Shown here: one piece after another, positions 48,095 through 57,569 of the stretch
Position numbering within the stretch: the stretch's first letter is position 1
Layout: each line of letters starts with the position of its first letter
Assembly (NCBI GenBank): GCA_009838735.1
Contig: VXQZ01000041.1
Span: forward strand, 36,348 to 100,347
DNA length: 64,000 nt
Direction: 5' to 3'
Origin: Chloroflexota bacterium
GTDB taxonomy: Bacteria; Chloroflexota; Dehalococcoidia; Bin125
Program-made: the position numbers and the translations under genes
The notes under the pieces: generated by a model
What the model was told of the DNA's origin: nothing
The model's database searches: none
The model's input: the letters and a program-made list of their open reading frames with translations, nothing else

Positions 48095-48571
48095 ATGTCA
48101 CGAGTCCAACTGGCACTGAACGTGGCCGAACTCGATTCGGCCATCGACTTCTACACGCAGATGTTCCGCACCGAACCGCACAAAGTGCGTAGCGGCTACG
48201 CAAACTTCGAGGTTCAAGATCCACCGCTGAAGCTGGTCTTGATTGAGAATCCGTCGGCGGCTGCGCCGCTAAACCATCTCGGCGTTGAAGTCGAGACGAC
48301 CACGGAAGTGCATGACGAAACGAGGCGTTTCGGCGATCTCGGACTCGAGATGGAGATCGAGGACGCTGTCGTCTGCTGCCACGCGGAGCAGGACAAGGTC
48401 TGGGTCTCCGACCCTTCCGGCACGCGCTGGGAGGTCTACACCATCACCGACGACCTGTTGGAACCCTCCTACGCATCCCGAGCCCAGAACCTGATTTCTC
48501 TGACCGATGTCTCGGCAGGGGCGGAAGCAATCGAGGATTGCTGCGCCGACGGCGGACTTTGCGTCGGCTAA
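48095..48571 (+). CDS. ArsI/CadI family heavy-metal resistance metalloenzyme
   Basis: MSRVQLALNV, GYANF...PPLKLVLIEN, LNHLGVEV, CCHAEQDKVWV.DP.G.RWEVY. Confidence 0.88.
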   Translation: MSRVQLALNVAELDSAIDFYTQMFRTEPHKVRSGYANFEVQDPPLKLVLIENPSAAAPLNHLGVEVETTTEVHDETRRFGDLGLEMEIEDAVVCCHAEQDKVWVSDPSGTRWEVYTITDDLLEPSYASRAQNLISLTDVSAGAEAIEDCCADGGLCVG

Positions 48572-50832
48572 CTACCTGGACGACGGTTTGGCGCCGCGGA
48601 TCCGAGGCGCTGCTGGTCCTGGCACTGGCGGCGGTACTGTATCTGGCTACTGCCTGTGCCTCGGATTCCGGATCGGAAACGACCGAGGCCGGCGCCGCGG
48701 CTCAAGTCCAACAATCGGCGACTCAGCCAGCGGAACAGACCGCTCGACAGACCCCATCCGCTGCGGGAACCATCGGAGTCGTTCGCTCTCGAGTTTCCAT
48801 GCAAGCCGGGGAGGCGGCTGAGCAGTCCGGGTCCGACGACTCGGAAGCGCCGCCGCCAGAGGTGGGCGGATTTGTGCTGCAGTTGCTGCATGCCTCCGAC
48901 ATGGACGGAGCGGCTGGTGCGCTCGACAACGTGGAGACGTTCTCGGCCCTGCTCGACGGGTTTCGCTCGCAGATGCCGCGGCAGACGCTCGTGCTCAGTT
49001 CCGGCGACAACTTTATCCCTGGTCCACGCTTCTACGCCGCCGACGCGATCAGCGAGCTCGGTGCGCCGGGAGTTGGGCGCGGCGACATCGCGCTGCTCAA
49101 TGCGATGGGCTTCCAGGCCTCCGCGCTGGGCAATCACGAGTTCGACCTGGGACCGCGCACCCTTGCGGCGATCATCGCACCAGAGCAGGGCGAGGATGGC
49201 GACTACGCCGGGGCCTCGTTCCCCTATGTGTCGGTAAATCTGGGACTGGCCGACGACCCGAACCTGCTGTCGTTGGTGGCCGCTGATGCCCTGAGCGCCC
49301 CACTGGCCGCCGGAACCCTGGCGAGCAGTGTGATCATTGACGTGGGCGGCGAACCCATTGGGATCGTCGGCGCGACGACGCCACATCTGGCATGGATATC
49401 CAGCGTCGGAGACGTCACGGTCGCACCGGCCGACGGGTTCGACCTGGACGCGCTGGCGGCGATCATCCAGAGCGCGGTCGATGATCTGACAGCGCAAGGC
49501 GTCAACAAAATCGTCCTGCTGGCGCACATGCAACAGATCGAAATCGAGCTCCAGCTCGCCGGCCGCTTACGTCACGTGGACATCGTCGTGGCGGGCGGCT
49601 CGAACACGCTTCTGGCGGACGAGACCGATCGTCTGCGGCCGGGCGATCGTGCCGTGGGCGGCTATCCATTGCGGATCAGTTCGGCAGCCGGCGAGCCGAT
49701 GTTGCTGGTCAATACCGACGCCGATTACCGATACCTGGGCCGCCTGGTCGTGCGATTCGACAGTCGCGGACTGATCCAGGCAGGCAGCGTCGATCCGGCA
49801 GTGAGCGGGGTCTACGCGACGGACGAAGAGGGCCGCGCGCTGGCAACGGCCGCCCCGATTACGGGCGTCAGCCGGATCGCGGAAGCGCTTCGGGCCGTGA
49901 TTCAGGATCGAGATGGCGAGATCGTGGCACGCACCGGCGTTTACCTCGCTGGTCGCCGTGGCGACGTGCGCACACAGGAAACCAATCTGGGCAACCTGGT
50001 CGCGGACGCATTCCTGTGGACCGCGCGGCAGTATGACCCGCGAGTCGCGGTCGCGCTGAAGAACTCCGGCGGAATCCGCGACCACGTTGGGGTGATCCTG
50101 CAGCCGCCGGGCACGACTCGCGCCGATCAGATTGAGTATTCGCCGCCTGCGGCCAATCGGGCCAGCGGCAAGCGCGCCGGTGAGATCACTCGCTTCGACA
50201 TCGAAAGCGTGTTGCGCTTCAACAACGGGTTGGTGATTGTGCCGATCACTGCGCAGGAGCTGGTCAGCCTGATGGAGCACGCCATTGGGTTCGACGGGGT
50301 CGGGGCGACGCCAGACGGGCGGTTCCCGCAAGTAGCGGGGATGCGGTTCAGCTTCGACCCCAGGAGACCGGCGGGCGAGCGGCTTGAATCGCTCGCGATT
50401 GTCGGCGACAGCGGCGAGATTGTAGATCCGGTTATCGAAGGTGGTGCGCTGGTCGGCAATCCGAATCGGGTGATTCGCATGGTCGTACTCGACTTCACCG
50501 CCAACAGAGGCGATGGGTATCCGTTCCCTCAGCCCAGCTTCGGGCGCGTCGACCTGGCCGGCGAGGCCGGGCAATACAACCCTCCCACGCCCGAGTTTCC
50601 GGATACCAACGGCAACGGTCTGATTGACGACGCGGTCCCATTGGATCGAGGGCTGTTCGATTTCGCCGCGCCGGGAACGGAACAGGACGCGCTGGCTGAA
50701 TATCTGGCTCGCTTCTTCAGCGAGACGCCGTTCGACCTGGCGGAGACGCCAGCGCGCGAAGATCGACGGATTCAGAACCTGGCGCTGAGCGGAGTGCGCG
50801 ACACGGTCTACGCGTCTGCCTCCGCGCCCTGA
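48538..50832 (+). CDS. Secreted/lipoprotein 5'-nucleotidase-type metallophosphatase
   Basis: LLHASD, SSGDNF, GNHEFD, LLAH, VRTQETNLG, NSGGIR, GRFPQVAG; start uncertain. Confidence 0.88.
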   Translation: MLRRRRTLRRLTTWTTVWRRGSEALLVLALAAVLYLATACASDSGSETTEAGAAAQVQQSATQPAEQTARQTPSAAGTIGVVRSRVSMQAGEAAEQSGSDDSEAPPPEVGGFVLQLLHASDMDGAAGALDNVETFSALLDGFRSQMPRQTLVLSSGDNFIPGPRFYAADAISELGAPGVGRGDIALLNAMGFQASALGNHEFDLGPRTLAAIIAPEQGEDGDYAGASFPYVSVNLGLADDPNLLSLVAADALSAPLAAGTLASSVIIDVGGEPIGIVGATTPHLAWISSVGDVTVAPADGFDLDALAAIIQSAVDDLTAQGVNKIVLLAHMQQIEIELQLAGRLRHVDIVVAGGSNTLLADETDRLRPGDRAVGGYPLRISSAAGEPMLLVNTDADYRYLGRLVVRFDSRGLIQAGSVDPAVSGVYATDEEGRALATAAPITGVSRIAEALRAVIQDRDGEIVARTGVYLAGRRGDVRTQETNLGNLVADAFLWTARQYDPRVAVALKNSGGIRDHVGVILQPPGTTRADQIEYSPPAANRASGKRAGEITRFDIESVLRFNNGLVIVPITAQELVSLMEHAIGFDGVGATPDGRFPQVAGMRFSFDPRRPAGERLESLAIVGDSGEIVDPVIEGGALVGNPNRVIRMVVLDFTANRGDGYPFPQPSFGRVDLAGEAGQYNPPTPEFPDTNGNGLIDDAVPLDRGLFDFAAPGTEQDALAEYLARFFSETPFDLAETPAREDRRIQNLALSGVRDTVYASASAP

Positions 50833-51533
50833 TTGCGCGAACCGCTGCGCGCCAGCTCGGCCGCGCGCCTGAATATTGCCGCAAGCATCTCCTCGCTGAG
50901 CAGGCCGGTGAAGGTGTTGCGCTGACTCGGGTGATATGAACAGATCAGGGTCAGGTCTCCGGCCCGGTGCTCGAGACCATGGGCGAACTTCGGTCGCGGT
51001 CGCACGCCCAGTTCGCGTGCGCAGTTTTCCCAGGCGAAGGATCCCAGGCAGACAATCACCCGAAGTTGCGAGAACAACTCGAGCTCGCGACGGAAGTAGG
51101 GCAAGCAGCGGTCGCGCTCCTCGACCGTGGGCTTGTTCCCGGGAGGTGCGCAGCGAACGATCGAAGTGATCCGCGTATCCCGCAGCTGGAGCCCGTCGTC
51201 TGCAGCCGCGGACTCCGGCTGGTTGGCCAGGCCTGCTTGCCAGATGGCGCGATAGAGCCAGTCCCCGGAACGATCGCCGGTGAACATCCGTCCGGTGCGG
51301 TTCGCGCCGTGCGCCGCCGGCGCGAGGCCGACGACCAGCACTCTCGCATCCGACGGTCCAAATGAGGGCACCGCTCTGCCCCAGTAGTCCTGATCGCGAA
51401 AGGCGGCACGCTTCTCGGCTGCCGCCAGTTCACGCCACTCAACGAGCCTGGGGCAGAGGCGGCATGCGGCGACAGCATCGTTAAGCTCCGAGATGCCGAA
51501 TTTACTGATTTGCGGATCGTCGATCTGTGCCAT
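50808..51533 (-). CDS. Uracil-DNA glycosylase family 5 (UdgB-like)
   Basis: CRLCPRL, GLAPAAHGANRTGRMFTGDRSG, HPSQRN. Confidence 0.92.
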   Translation of the reverse strand: MAQIDDPQISKFGISELNDAVAACRLCPRLVEWRELAAAEKRAAFRDQDYWGRAVPSFGPSDARVLVVGLAPAAHGANRTGRMFTGDRSGDWLYRAIWQAGLANQPESAAADDGLQLRDTRITSIVRCAPPGNKPTVEERDRCLPYFRRELELFSQLRVIVCLGSFAWENCARELGVRPRPKFAHGLEHRAGDLTLICSYHPSQRNTFTGLLSEEMLAAIFRRAAELARSGSRNQGAEADA

Positions 51534-51561
51534 TGGGCCATAGTGAAGCCATGGCGAGACG

Positions 51562-52263
51562 GTGTCCAGACGGGTCACGATGATGCAGATGCGATCCCAG
51601 CCGGTAGGGGCATGGACGCGAACGCTGGGTCGCGGGTCGCGGCTACCGGCAACTCGCTATCTGTCCGGGTTGGACGCGCCGTTGGATTGGCGGCGCGCGC
51701 TGTCGCTGCACCGGCGGCTGTTGGCGGGCGAACTCGGCGTGATCGGCGAGGTCTCGCGAAATGAGTCCGACACCAAGCCCACACTTGCTGTGCTGCTGCT
51801 GGGGATGTTGGTCGCCGGCCTCGGCGCCTGGCTCTGGGTCGTCATCGACACTCGCGGCGCAGAAATCGCCGGTCCCGCATTGAACGTTCTGCTGTTGGGC
51901 ACAGTCGCTTCGCTGGGCGCCTGGGCGCTCTGGCTAGGGTTGACCTGGCACGCGCTCAGATCGATCTTTCAGGTCGAAGTTGGCTGGCGCGACCTGATGC
52001 GCCCGATGTCTCTGGTTGGCGGCTTCGCAGTCTGGCAGTTCTTCATGCTCGCCGGTCCTGCGAGCTTCGCCGTTGGTTTGATCGCCACGATTGCCGGCGT
52101 CCTGCTCGCCGTGCTCGCCGTGCGGGCAGCTGCTCCGCTGGCCGACGACCGGGCAGCAATCATCAGCGTGGGCGTGGGCTTCGGAGTCTATGCCCTGGTG
52201 CTGTCGCTGGCCGCCGATCTCCTGGGGATTGGTTCCGGCCTCTTCGTCCACGCGATCGGCTAA
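51562..52263 (+). CDS. Hypothetical multi-pass membrane protein (Yip1-like)
   Basis: About five hydrophobic segments; start uncertain. Confidence 0.6.
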   Translation: MSRRVTMMQMRSQPVGAWTRTLGRGSRLPATRYLSGLDAPLDWRRALSLHRRLLAGELGVIGEVSRNESDTKPTLAVLLLGMLVAGLGAWLWVVIDTRGAEIAGPALNVLLLGTVASLGAWALWLGLTWHALRSIFQVEVGWRDLMRPMSLVGGFAVWQFFMLAGPASFAVGLIATIAGVLLAVLAVRAAAPLADDRAAIISVGVGFGVYALVLSLAADLLGIGSGLFVHAIG

Positions 52264-52835
52264 GTGATCGTCAGCTCGACGTCTGCATCGCACAGCTCAC
52301 AATCGTCGGGGTCATAACTGGCGACATCGATTGCCAGGCAGGCGAAGGTCTCGAGCTCGCCAAAGCCGGTCGCGCCGTTGGTTCGATCGACCACCAATCC
52401 AACGCCCATCGGCTTCCCGCCAGCCTCAATCACGGCGTCCAACGTGTCTCTCACCGAGCCGCCGGTGGTCAGCACATCGTCGACCACCAGGACCGTCTGA
52501 CCCGGCTCAATGGCGAAACCCCGACCCAGGTAGCGCCCGCCGTCTTCATTCCGCTCGGCGAAGTACGCCTTGACAGTCTCGCCCAGGTGCTTGGCCGTCT
52601 CGTGAGCCAGCAAGATGCCGCCGGTCGTCGGACCGACGACCAGTTCGGGCTTCAGGCCACGGAAGTGATCGGCCAGCTGCCGGCACAGCGCCTCGGTGAC
52701 GTGGGGCTTCTCCAGCAGCCGAAACTTCTCAATGTAGGTATCGCCGTGCCGCCCCGATGCGTACTGGAAATGGCCCGTCAGGACGGCGCCGGCCTCTTGC
52801 AACAGTGTCATCGCATCGCGGGGAGGCTCGCTCAT
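52260..52835 (-). CDS. pyrE: Orotate phosphoribosyltransferase
   Basis: GHFQYASGRH..YIEK, VLVVDDVLTTGGS. Confidence 0.93.
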   Translation of the reverse strand: MSEPPRDAMTLLQEAGAVLTGHFQYASGRHGDTYIEKFRLLEKPHVTEALCRQLADHFRGLKPELVVGPTTGGILLAHETAKHLGETVKAYFAERNEDGGRYLGRGFAIEPGQTVLVVDDVLTTGGSVRDTLDAVIEAGGKPMGVGLVVDRTNGATGFGELETFACLAIDVASYDPDDCELCDADVELTIT

Positions 52836-53473
52836 GGCACGATGTTCCCCTCGTAGTCGGTCGCATCTCTCGAGATATCACTGCTGATCCGGTCGAAGGG
52901 GAACCAGCGGAACATCACCTCGCCGACGATCTGGTCCTCGTGGATCGGGCCGAACGCGTGCGAATCCTGACTGCTGTTGCGATTGTCGCCCAACACGAAG
53001 TAATGCTCGGGGGGGATGACGGCTGGGCCCCACTGGTAGCTGGGCGGCTCGAAGATGTAGTCGTGCTCGTCCAGCTCAACGCCGTTGACGAAAACGCGCC
53101 CGCGCACAATCTCCACCGTGTCGCCGGGTAATCCGATCACCCGCTTCACGAAGTCATGGGCGCTCTGATAGGGCGGATGGAAGATGATCACCGAGCCTCG
53201 GTGCGGGCCTGAGAGCAGAAAATCGCCGTTGCTGCGACCCGGCACCAACGCGTCGAACGGGCCCAGGTCGACTTCCCAGTAGCCAATCTTGTTGACCAGC
53301 ACGAGTTCGGAACTGGCCAGGGTTGGCTGCATCGAGCGGCCCTCGACCTGGAAGTTCTGGACGGCCTCTCTGGCCAGGAGGAAGACGATCAGGCCGAGAA
53401 TCGCAGTTTCGATGATCTCGCGAAGCGCACCATACTGCAACCTCATACGGTCGAGCTTATCCGCCCCTACCAT
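52832..53473 (-). CDS. lepB: Signal peptidase I
   Basis: SMQPTL, FVKRVIGLPGD, LGDNRNSSQDSH. Confidence 0.95.
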   Translation of the reverse strand: MVGADKLDRMRLQYGALREIIETAILGLIVFLLAREAVQNFQVEGRSMQPTLASSELVLVNKIGYWEVDLGPFDALVPGRSNGDFLLSGPHRGSVIIFHPPYQSAHDFVKRVIGLPGDTVEIVRGRVFVNGVELDEHDYIFEPPSYQWGPAVIPPEHYFVLGDNRNSSQDSHAFGPIHEDQIVGEVMFRWFPFDRISSDISRDATDYEGNIVP

Positions 53474-53516
53474 GAACGACAGCAGGGCCAGACCGAGGGT
53501 TTACGGAGTGTCCGAG

Positions 53517-54452
53517 ATGAGAGCAGTGAGGTTGTCAACTGAAGGGCCAATCATCCGGCCCGACATGGACGGGCGAATGGGCGACAACATCAATGGTCCA
53601 TCGCTCATCCGCACGCCCGAGTGGCTGCCCAATCGTCTGGGCGAGTTCTACCTCTACTTCGCCGACCACAAGGGGTCCTACATTCGCCTTGGTGTCGCTG
53701 ACCACCTGCTGGGTCCCTGGCGCACGCACGAACCTGGTGCGTTGCAGTTGAGTCAAACAGCCTTCCCCAAGTCCGACGGTGAGTTCGATCCCGGTCTCGG
53801 TCCGGCCCGGAAGAAGGGACACGTCTACCCGCACATCGCGTCGCCCGACGCAGTCGTTGACAATGACGCACAACTGATCCGGCTGTATTTCCATGGACAG
53901 CTCTACGATGGACGCCAGGTTTCGCGCGTGGCGACCTCGAGCGACGGGATCAACTTTCAGGCAAGCGAGGAAATCCTCTCGACCAGCTACCTGCGCATGA
54001 TTCGACTCGACGATGTCGACCAGCCGGGCTGGTATGGCATGTCGATGCCCGGCATTCTCTACCGCTCTGAAGACGGGCTCTGTGGCTTCGAGCAGGGTCC
54101 GCAGCTCTTCAACGAAACGATGCGTCACTGCGCCCTCATGCGCCAGAGCGACACACTTTGGGTGTTTTGGACCAATGTCGGCGATGCGCCGGAGCGGATT
54201 TACGTCTCGCCGATCGAGTTGTCGGGAGACTGGCGCTCCTGGACGGCCGGTGAACACCGTGAAGTGATCCGCCCCGTCTACGACTGGGAGGGCGCGTCGC
54301 TGCCGATCGCGCCCAGTGTGCGCGGGTTCGCTCCCGAGCCCGTGCACGAGTTGCGCGACCCGGCGATCTTCGAGGACAACGGCAGCGCCTACTTGCTCTA
54401 CAGCGTCCAGGGCGAACGCGGGATCGGCATTGCCCAGCTCGATGCCGGATAG
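53517..54452 (+). CDS. Hypothetical five-bladed beta-propeller glycoside hydrolase-like protein
   Basis: NINGPS, YLYFADHKG, HIASPD, ELRDPAIF; start moved to ATG 53517. Confidence 0.65.
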   Translation: MRAVRLSTEGPIIRPDMDGRMGDNINGPSLIRTPEWLPNRLGEFYLYFADHKGSYIRLGVADHLLGPWRTHEPGALQLSQTAFPKSDGEFDPGLGPARKKGHVYPHIASPDAVVDNDAQLIRLYFHGQLYDGRQVSRVATSSDGINFQASEEILSTSYLRMIRLDDVDQPGWYGMSMPGILYRSEDGLCGFEQGPQLFNETMRHCALMRQSDTLWVFWTNVGDAPERIYVSPIELSGDWRSWTAGEHREVIRPVYDWEGASLPIAPSVRGFAPEPVHELRDPAIFEDNGSAYLLYSVQGERGIGIAQLDAG

Positions 54453-54475
54453 CTAGCTGAGGCCGCAGGCTCAAC

Positions 54476-55132
54476 GTGGCGCGCACGTACTATCCCGTCT
54501 TCTTCGATCTGCAGGGCCGCTCGGTGCTGGTGATTGGCGGTGGACGGCTCGCGCTGGAAAAGGTCCAGGGATTGCTCGGCGCTGAGGCCAGCGTCACGGT
54601 CGTGGCGCCCGCGCTCAACCAAGAACTGACAGCACTGCGTGACTCGGGACGAATCGAGCACCTGGCACGGGAGTACCGGTCGGGCGACATGCACGGGCGG
54701 GCGCTGGTCATGGCCGCGGGCGACCATCGTCTGGCCAATGAAGGGTTGCAAGCCGACGCCCGCGCCGTTGGCGTGCCGCTCAATGCCGCCGACGATCCGG
54801 CCAACTGCGACTTCATCCTGCCCGCTGTTGTGCGGCAGCCGCCGCTCACCCTGGCGATCTCCACCGGCGGCGGCAGCCCGGCCGTGGCCCGGCGGATCAG
54901 GGAAGAGTTGACGGACTATCTCGACGCCGACACGTCGAGCCTGGCCGAACTGGTCGCCGAGGTCCGGGCGGAACTCAGGGACCGGGGCGAGTTTCACTCG
55001 ATTCCTGCTGAAGCCTGGCAGACCGCCATGGATAGCCGGTTGCGCATCCTGCTCTCCCAGCGCAGACATGACGAGGCGAAGGCGCTATTGGAGTCTCGAC
55101 TGATCTCGGCAAAGACGGCATCGGACAGCTGA
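54476..55132 (+). CDS. sirC: Precorrin-2 dehydrogenase / sirohydrochlorin ferrochelatase
   Basis: YPVFFDL, IGGGRLALEK, DDPANCDF, AISTGGGSP. Confidence 0.9.
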   Translation: MARTYYPVFFDLQGRSVLVIGGGRLALEKVQGLLGAEASVTVVAPALNQELTALRDSGRIEHLAREYRSGDMHGRALVMAAGDHRLANEGLQADARAVGVPLNAADDPANCDFILPAVVRQPPLTLAISTGGGSPAVARRIREELTDYLDADTSSLAELVAEVRAELRDRGEFHSIPAEAWQTAMDSRLRILLSQRRHDEAKALLESRLISAKTASDS

Positions 55133-55134
55133 CG

Positions 55135-56034
55135 ATGGCCCGGGTGCTGCGGCTGGGAGGGCGGGCCAGCAAACTGTCGCTGGTGCAGGCCAATCTGGCC
55201 TCGGAGGCCCTGTCGGCAATCGGAATCGCGACCGAGTTCGTTCCGATCACCACCCAGGGCGATCGTGACCGGACTTCGAGCTTGCGGGTGATCGGAGGAC
55301 AGGGCGTGTTTGTCCGCGCGGTTGAGCAGGCGCTGCTCGACCGCGACATTGACATCGCAGTGCACTCGGCCAAGGATGTGCCGCCTGCCATCGCCGAAGG
55401 AACCTCGTTGGCCGCTTATCTCCCGCGCGGCGATGTCCGCGACGGACTGGTCAGCCGCGACGGCGTTGGACTACTCGATCTCGCCGAGGATGCACGAGTG
55501 GGCACCGGCTCGCGACGGCGCGCGGCACAGCTGCTACGGCTCCGGCCTGACCTCGATGTTGCGGATATTCGCGGCAACGTCGACACACGAATCCGCAAGG
55601 TCGAGCAGCGGGAGTATGACGCGGTCGTCGTTGCGGCGGCAGGCTTGCAGCGACTAGGACAGCGGGCTTCTGAGTTGATCCCCATCGACCTGATCATGCC
55701 CTCACCTGGACAGGGCGCTCTGGTCGTTCAGTGTCGGGTCGAGGACGCTGCCCAGGTCGCCACAGCCAATCACGCGCCGACCTCTCATGCCGTCAGCGCC
55801 GAGCGGGCAATGCTGCGAGCGCTGGGAGCAGGCTGCTCATTGCCGCTCGCCGCCCTTGGCGGCGTGCGAGGCGGCGAAGTGTTGCTCGCCGGACGCCTGC
55901 TCAGCCGCGACGGGTCCGAACGGATAGAGATTCAGCGTTCGGGGGACGACCCTGACTCGGTCGGGGCCGAGGTGGCCGAGACGTTGCTGGAGCGTGGCGG
56001 CGAACGACTCATGGAAGCGGACGCCCGATCGTGA
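55135..56034 (+). CDS. hemC: Hydroxymethylbilane synthase
   Basis: TTQGD, AVHSAKD, GTGSRRR, IRGNVDTR, GAGC. Confidence 0.95.
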   Translation: MARVLRLGGRASKLSLVQANLASEALSAIGIATEFVPITTQGDRDRTSSLRVIGGQGVFVRAVEQALLDRDIDIAVHSAKDVPPAIAEGTSLAAYLPRGDVRDGLVSRDGVGLLDLAEDARVGTGSRRRAAQLLRLRPDLDVADIRGNVDTRIRKVEQREYDAVVVAAAGLQRLGQRASELIPIDLIMPSPGQGALVVQCRVEDAAQVATANHAPTSHAVSAERAMLRALGAGCSLPLAALGGVRGGEVLLAGRLLSRDGSERIEIQRSGDDPDSVGAEVAETLLERGGERLMEADARS

Positions 56035-57569
56035 GCGACACGCAGGTCGAACTCGGCCTGGTGTACCTGGTTGGCGCCGGGCCCGGTGATCCTGGATTGA
56101 TCACACTCGCCGGCGCTCAGGCGCTTCGCGACGCTGACGTCGTGCTGCATGACCGTCTCGTCGCAGCGGAAGTACTCAATCTGGCCGAGAACGCGGATCT
56201 CGTCGATGTCGGCAAGGCCCCCGGCGGAGCCGCAGTCTCGCAGCAGCAAATCAACCGGATGATGATCGACCACTCCCGCCGTGGACGACGTGTGGTTCGG
56301 CTCAAGGGCGGCGACCCGTTCGTGTTCGGTCGCGGCGGCGAAGAGGCATCAGCCCTCGGTGCTGCCGGCATTCCCGTGCAACTGGTGCCCGGGGTGTCCA
56401 GCGCCCACGCGGCGGCAGCCGCGCTCGGGATCGCAGTGACCGACCGCCGGGCCGCATCGGCGGTCACGGTCGTGACCGGCTCGGAGGGCGACGGAGACGC
56501 GCCGCCCATCGATTGGGGCGCGGTCGCGAGGGTCGGCGGCACGATTGTGGTGATGATGGGCTGGCGCGACTTCGACGAGATCGCTCGTCGCTTGATAGCG
56601 GCAGGAATGCCGGCTGACGCACCCGCGGCCGCGATAGAGCAGGCATGGACCCCATCGCAACGGTCGGTCTTCGCGCCTCTGAGCCAACTTCGGGCCCGCG
56701 CTGCTGATCTCCAACCACCTGTCACCGTAGTCGTCGGTCACGTGACGACGCTGGCCACGCCGGACATCCGGCGGAACAACATCGGACGGCGCGTACTGGT
56801 CACCCGAGCGGCCGCCCAGGCGGAACCGTTGACGCAACGATTGCGGGCTCTCAATGCTCACGTTATCCAGCTGCCGACAATCGAGATCAGACCGACGCGT
56901 GACGAGTCAGTCGATGCGGCCGTTCAGCGCCTGGTTGACGGCAGCTACAACATCGTGGCTGTGACCAGCGTCAACGGCGTCGGCCTGCTGTGGGATGCGA
57001 TGAGACAGAAGGGCTACGACGCGAGAGCGCTCAACAACACCCGTGTGGCTGCCATCGGCAGCGAGACGGCGAAGGCGCTTGCCACTCGTGGCGTGGTTGC
57101 TGATCTGGTTCCCGAAACCTTCACCTCGGCCGCCCTGGCGGACGCACTGACCGAGTGGGGCGTCGAGAACCGGAGGATTCTGCTCGTCCGGGCCCTTCAA
57201 GCAAGCCGTGTGTTGCGCGACCAGCTCCGCGCCGCCGCCGCAGACGTTGATGAGATCGCCCTCTATGACATTGTCACGCCGAACGCAGATGTCGATGCAT
57301 TGGCCGAGTTCAAGCGCGGCGTTGATGTGGTCACATTGACATCGCCGTCAACGGCCCGAGGCCTATGCGATTTGGCCGGCAAGCTGGTCGACTTAGACTC
57401 ATTGCATGCGGTGTGCATCGGTCCGGTGACTGCCGAGGCGGCGCGACAGTTGGGCTTCCGAGTCGTCGCGACTGCCGAAACGCACACCATTGATGGATTG
57501 GTCCAGGCGGTCGGGCGCTACCTCGCCGGCCTCGGGCCGCCCGGAGAAGGAACACGGAAACCAGAATGA
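56031..57569 (+). CDS. cobA: Uroporphyrinogen-III C-methyltransferase / uroporphyrinogen-III synthase fusion
   Basis: VYLVGAGPGDPGLIT, RLKGGDPFVFGRGGEE; HemD half VLVTRA, TSVNGV, CIGPVTA. Confidence 0.93.
   Translation: MSDTQVELGLVYLVGAGPGDPGLITLAGAQALRDADVVLHDRLVAAEVLNLAENADLVDVGKAPGGAAVSQQQINRMMIDHSRRGRRVVRLKGGDPFVFGRGGEEASALGAAGIPVQLVPGVSSAHAAAAALGIAVTDRRAASAVTVVTGSEGDGDAPPIDWGAVARVGGTIVVMMGWRDFDEIARRLIAAGMPADAPAAAIEQAWTPSQRSVFAPLSQLRARAADLQPPVTVVVGHVTTLATPDIRRNNIGRRVLVTRAAAQAEPLTQRLRALNAHVIQLPTIEIRPTRDESVDAAVQRLVDGSYNIVAVTSVNGVGLLWDAMRQKGYDARALNNTRVAAIGSETAKALATRGVVADLVPETFTSAALADALTEWGVENRRILLVRALQASRVLRDQLRAAAADVDEIALYDIVTPNADVDALAEFKRGVDVVTLTSPSTARGLCDLAGKLVDLDSLHAVCIGPVTAEAARQLGFRVVATAETHTIDGLVQAVGRYLAGLGPPGEGTRKPE

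Noticed and set aside
46833-48224. 605-aa minus-strand ORF 46407-48224
   Set aside because: Only the last 141 aa (PhnB-like) look real; the rest is the antisense shadow of the SsuD-like gene
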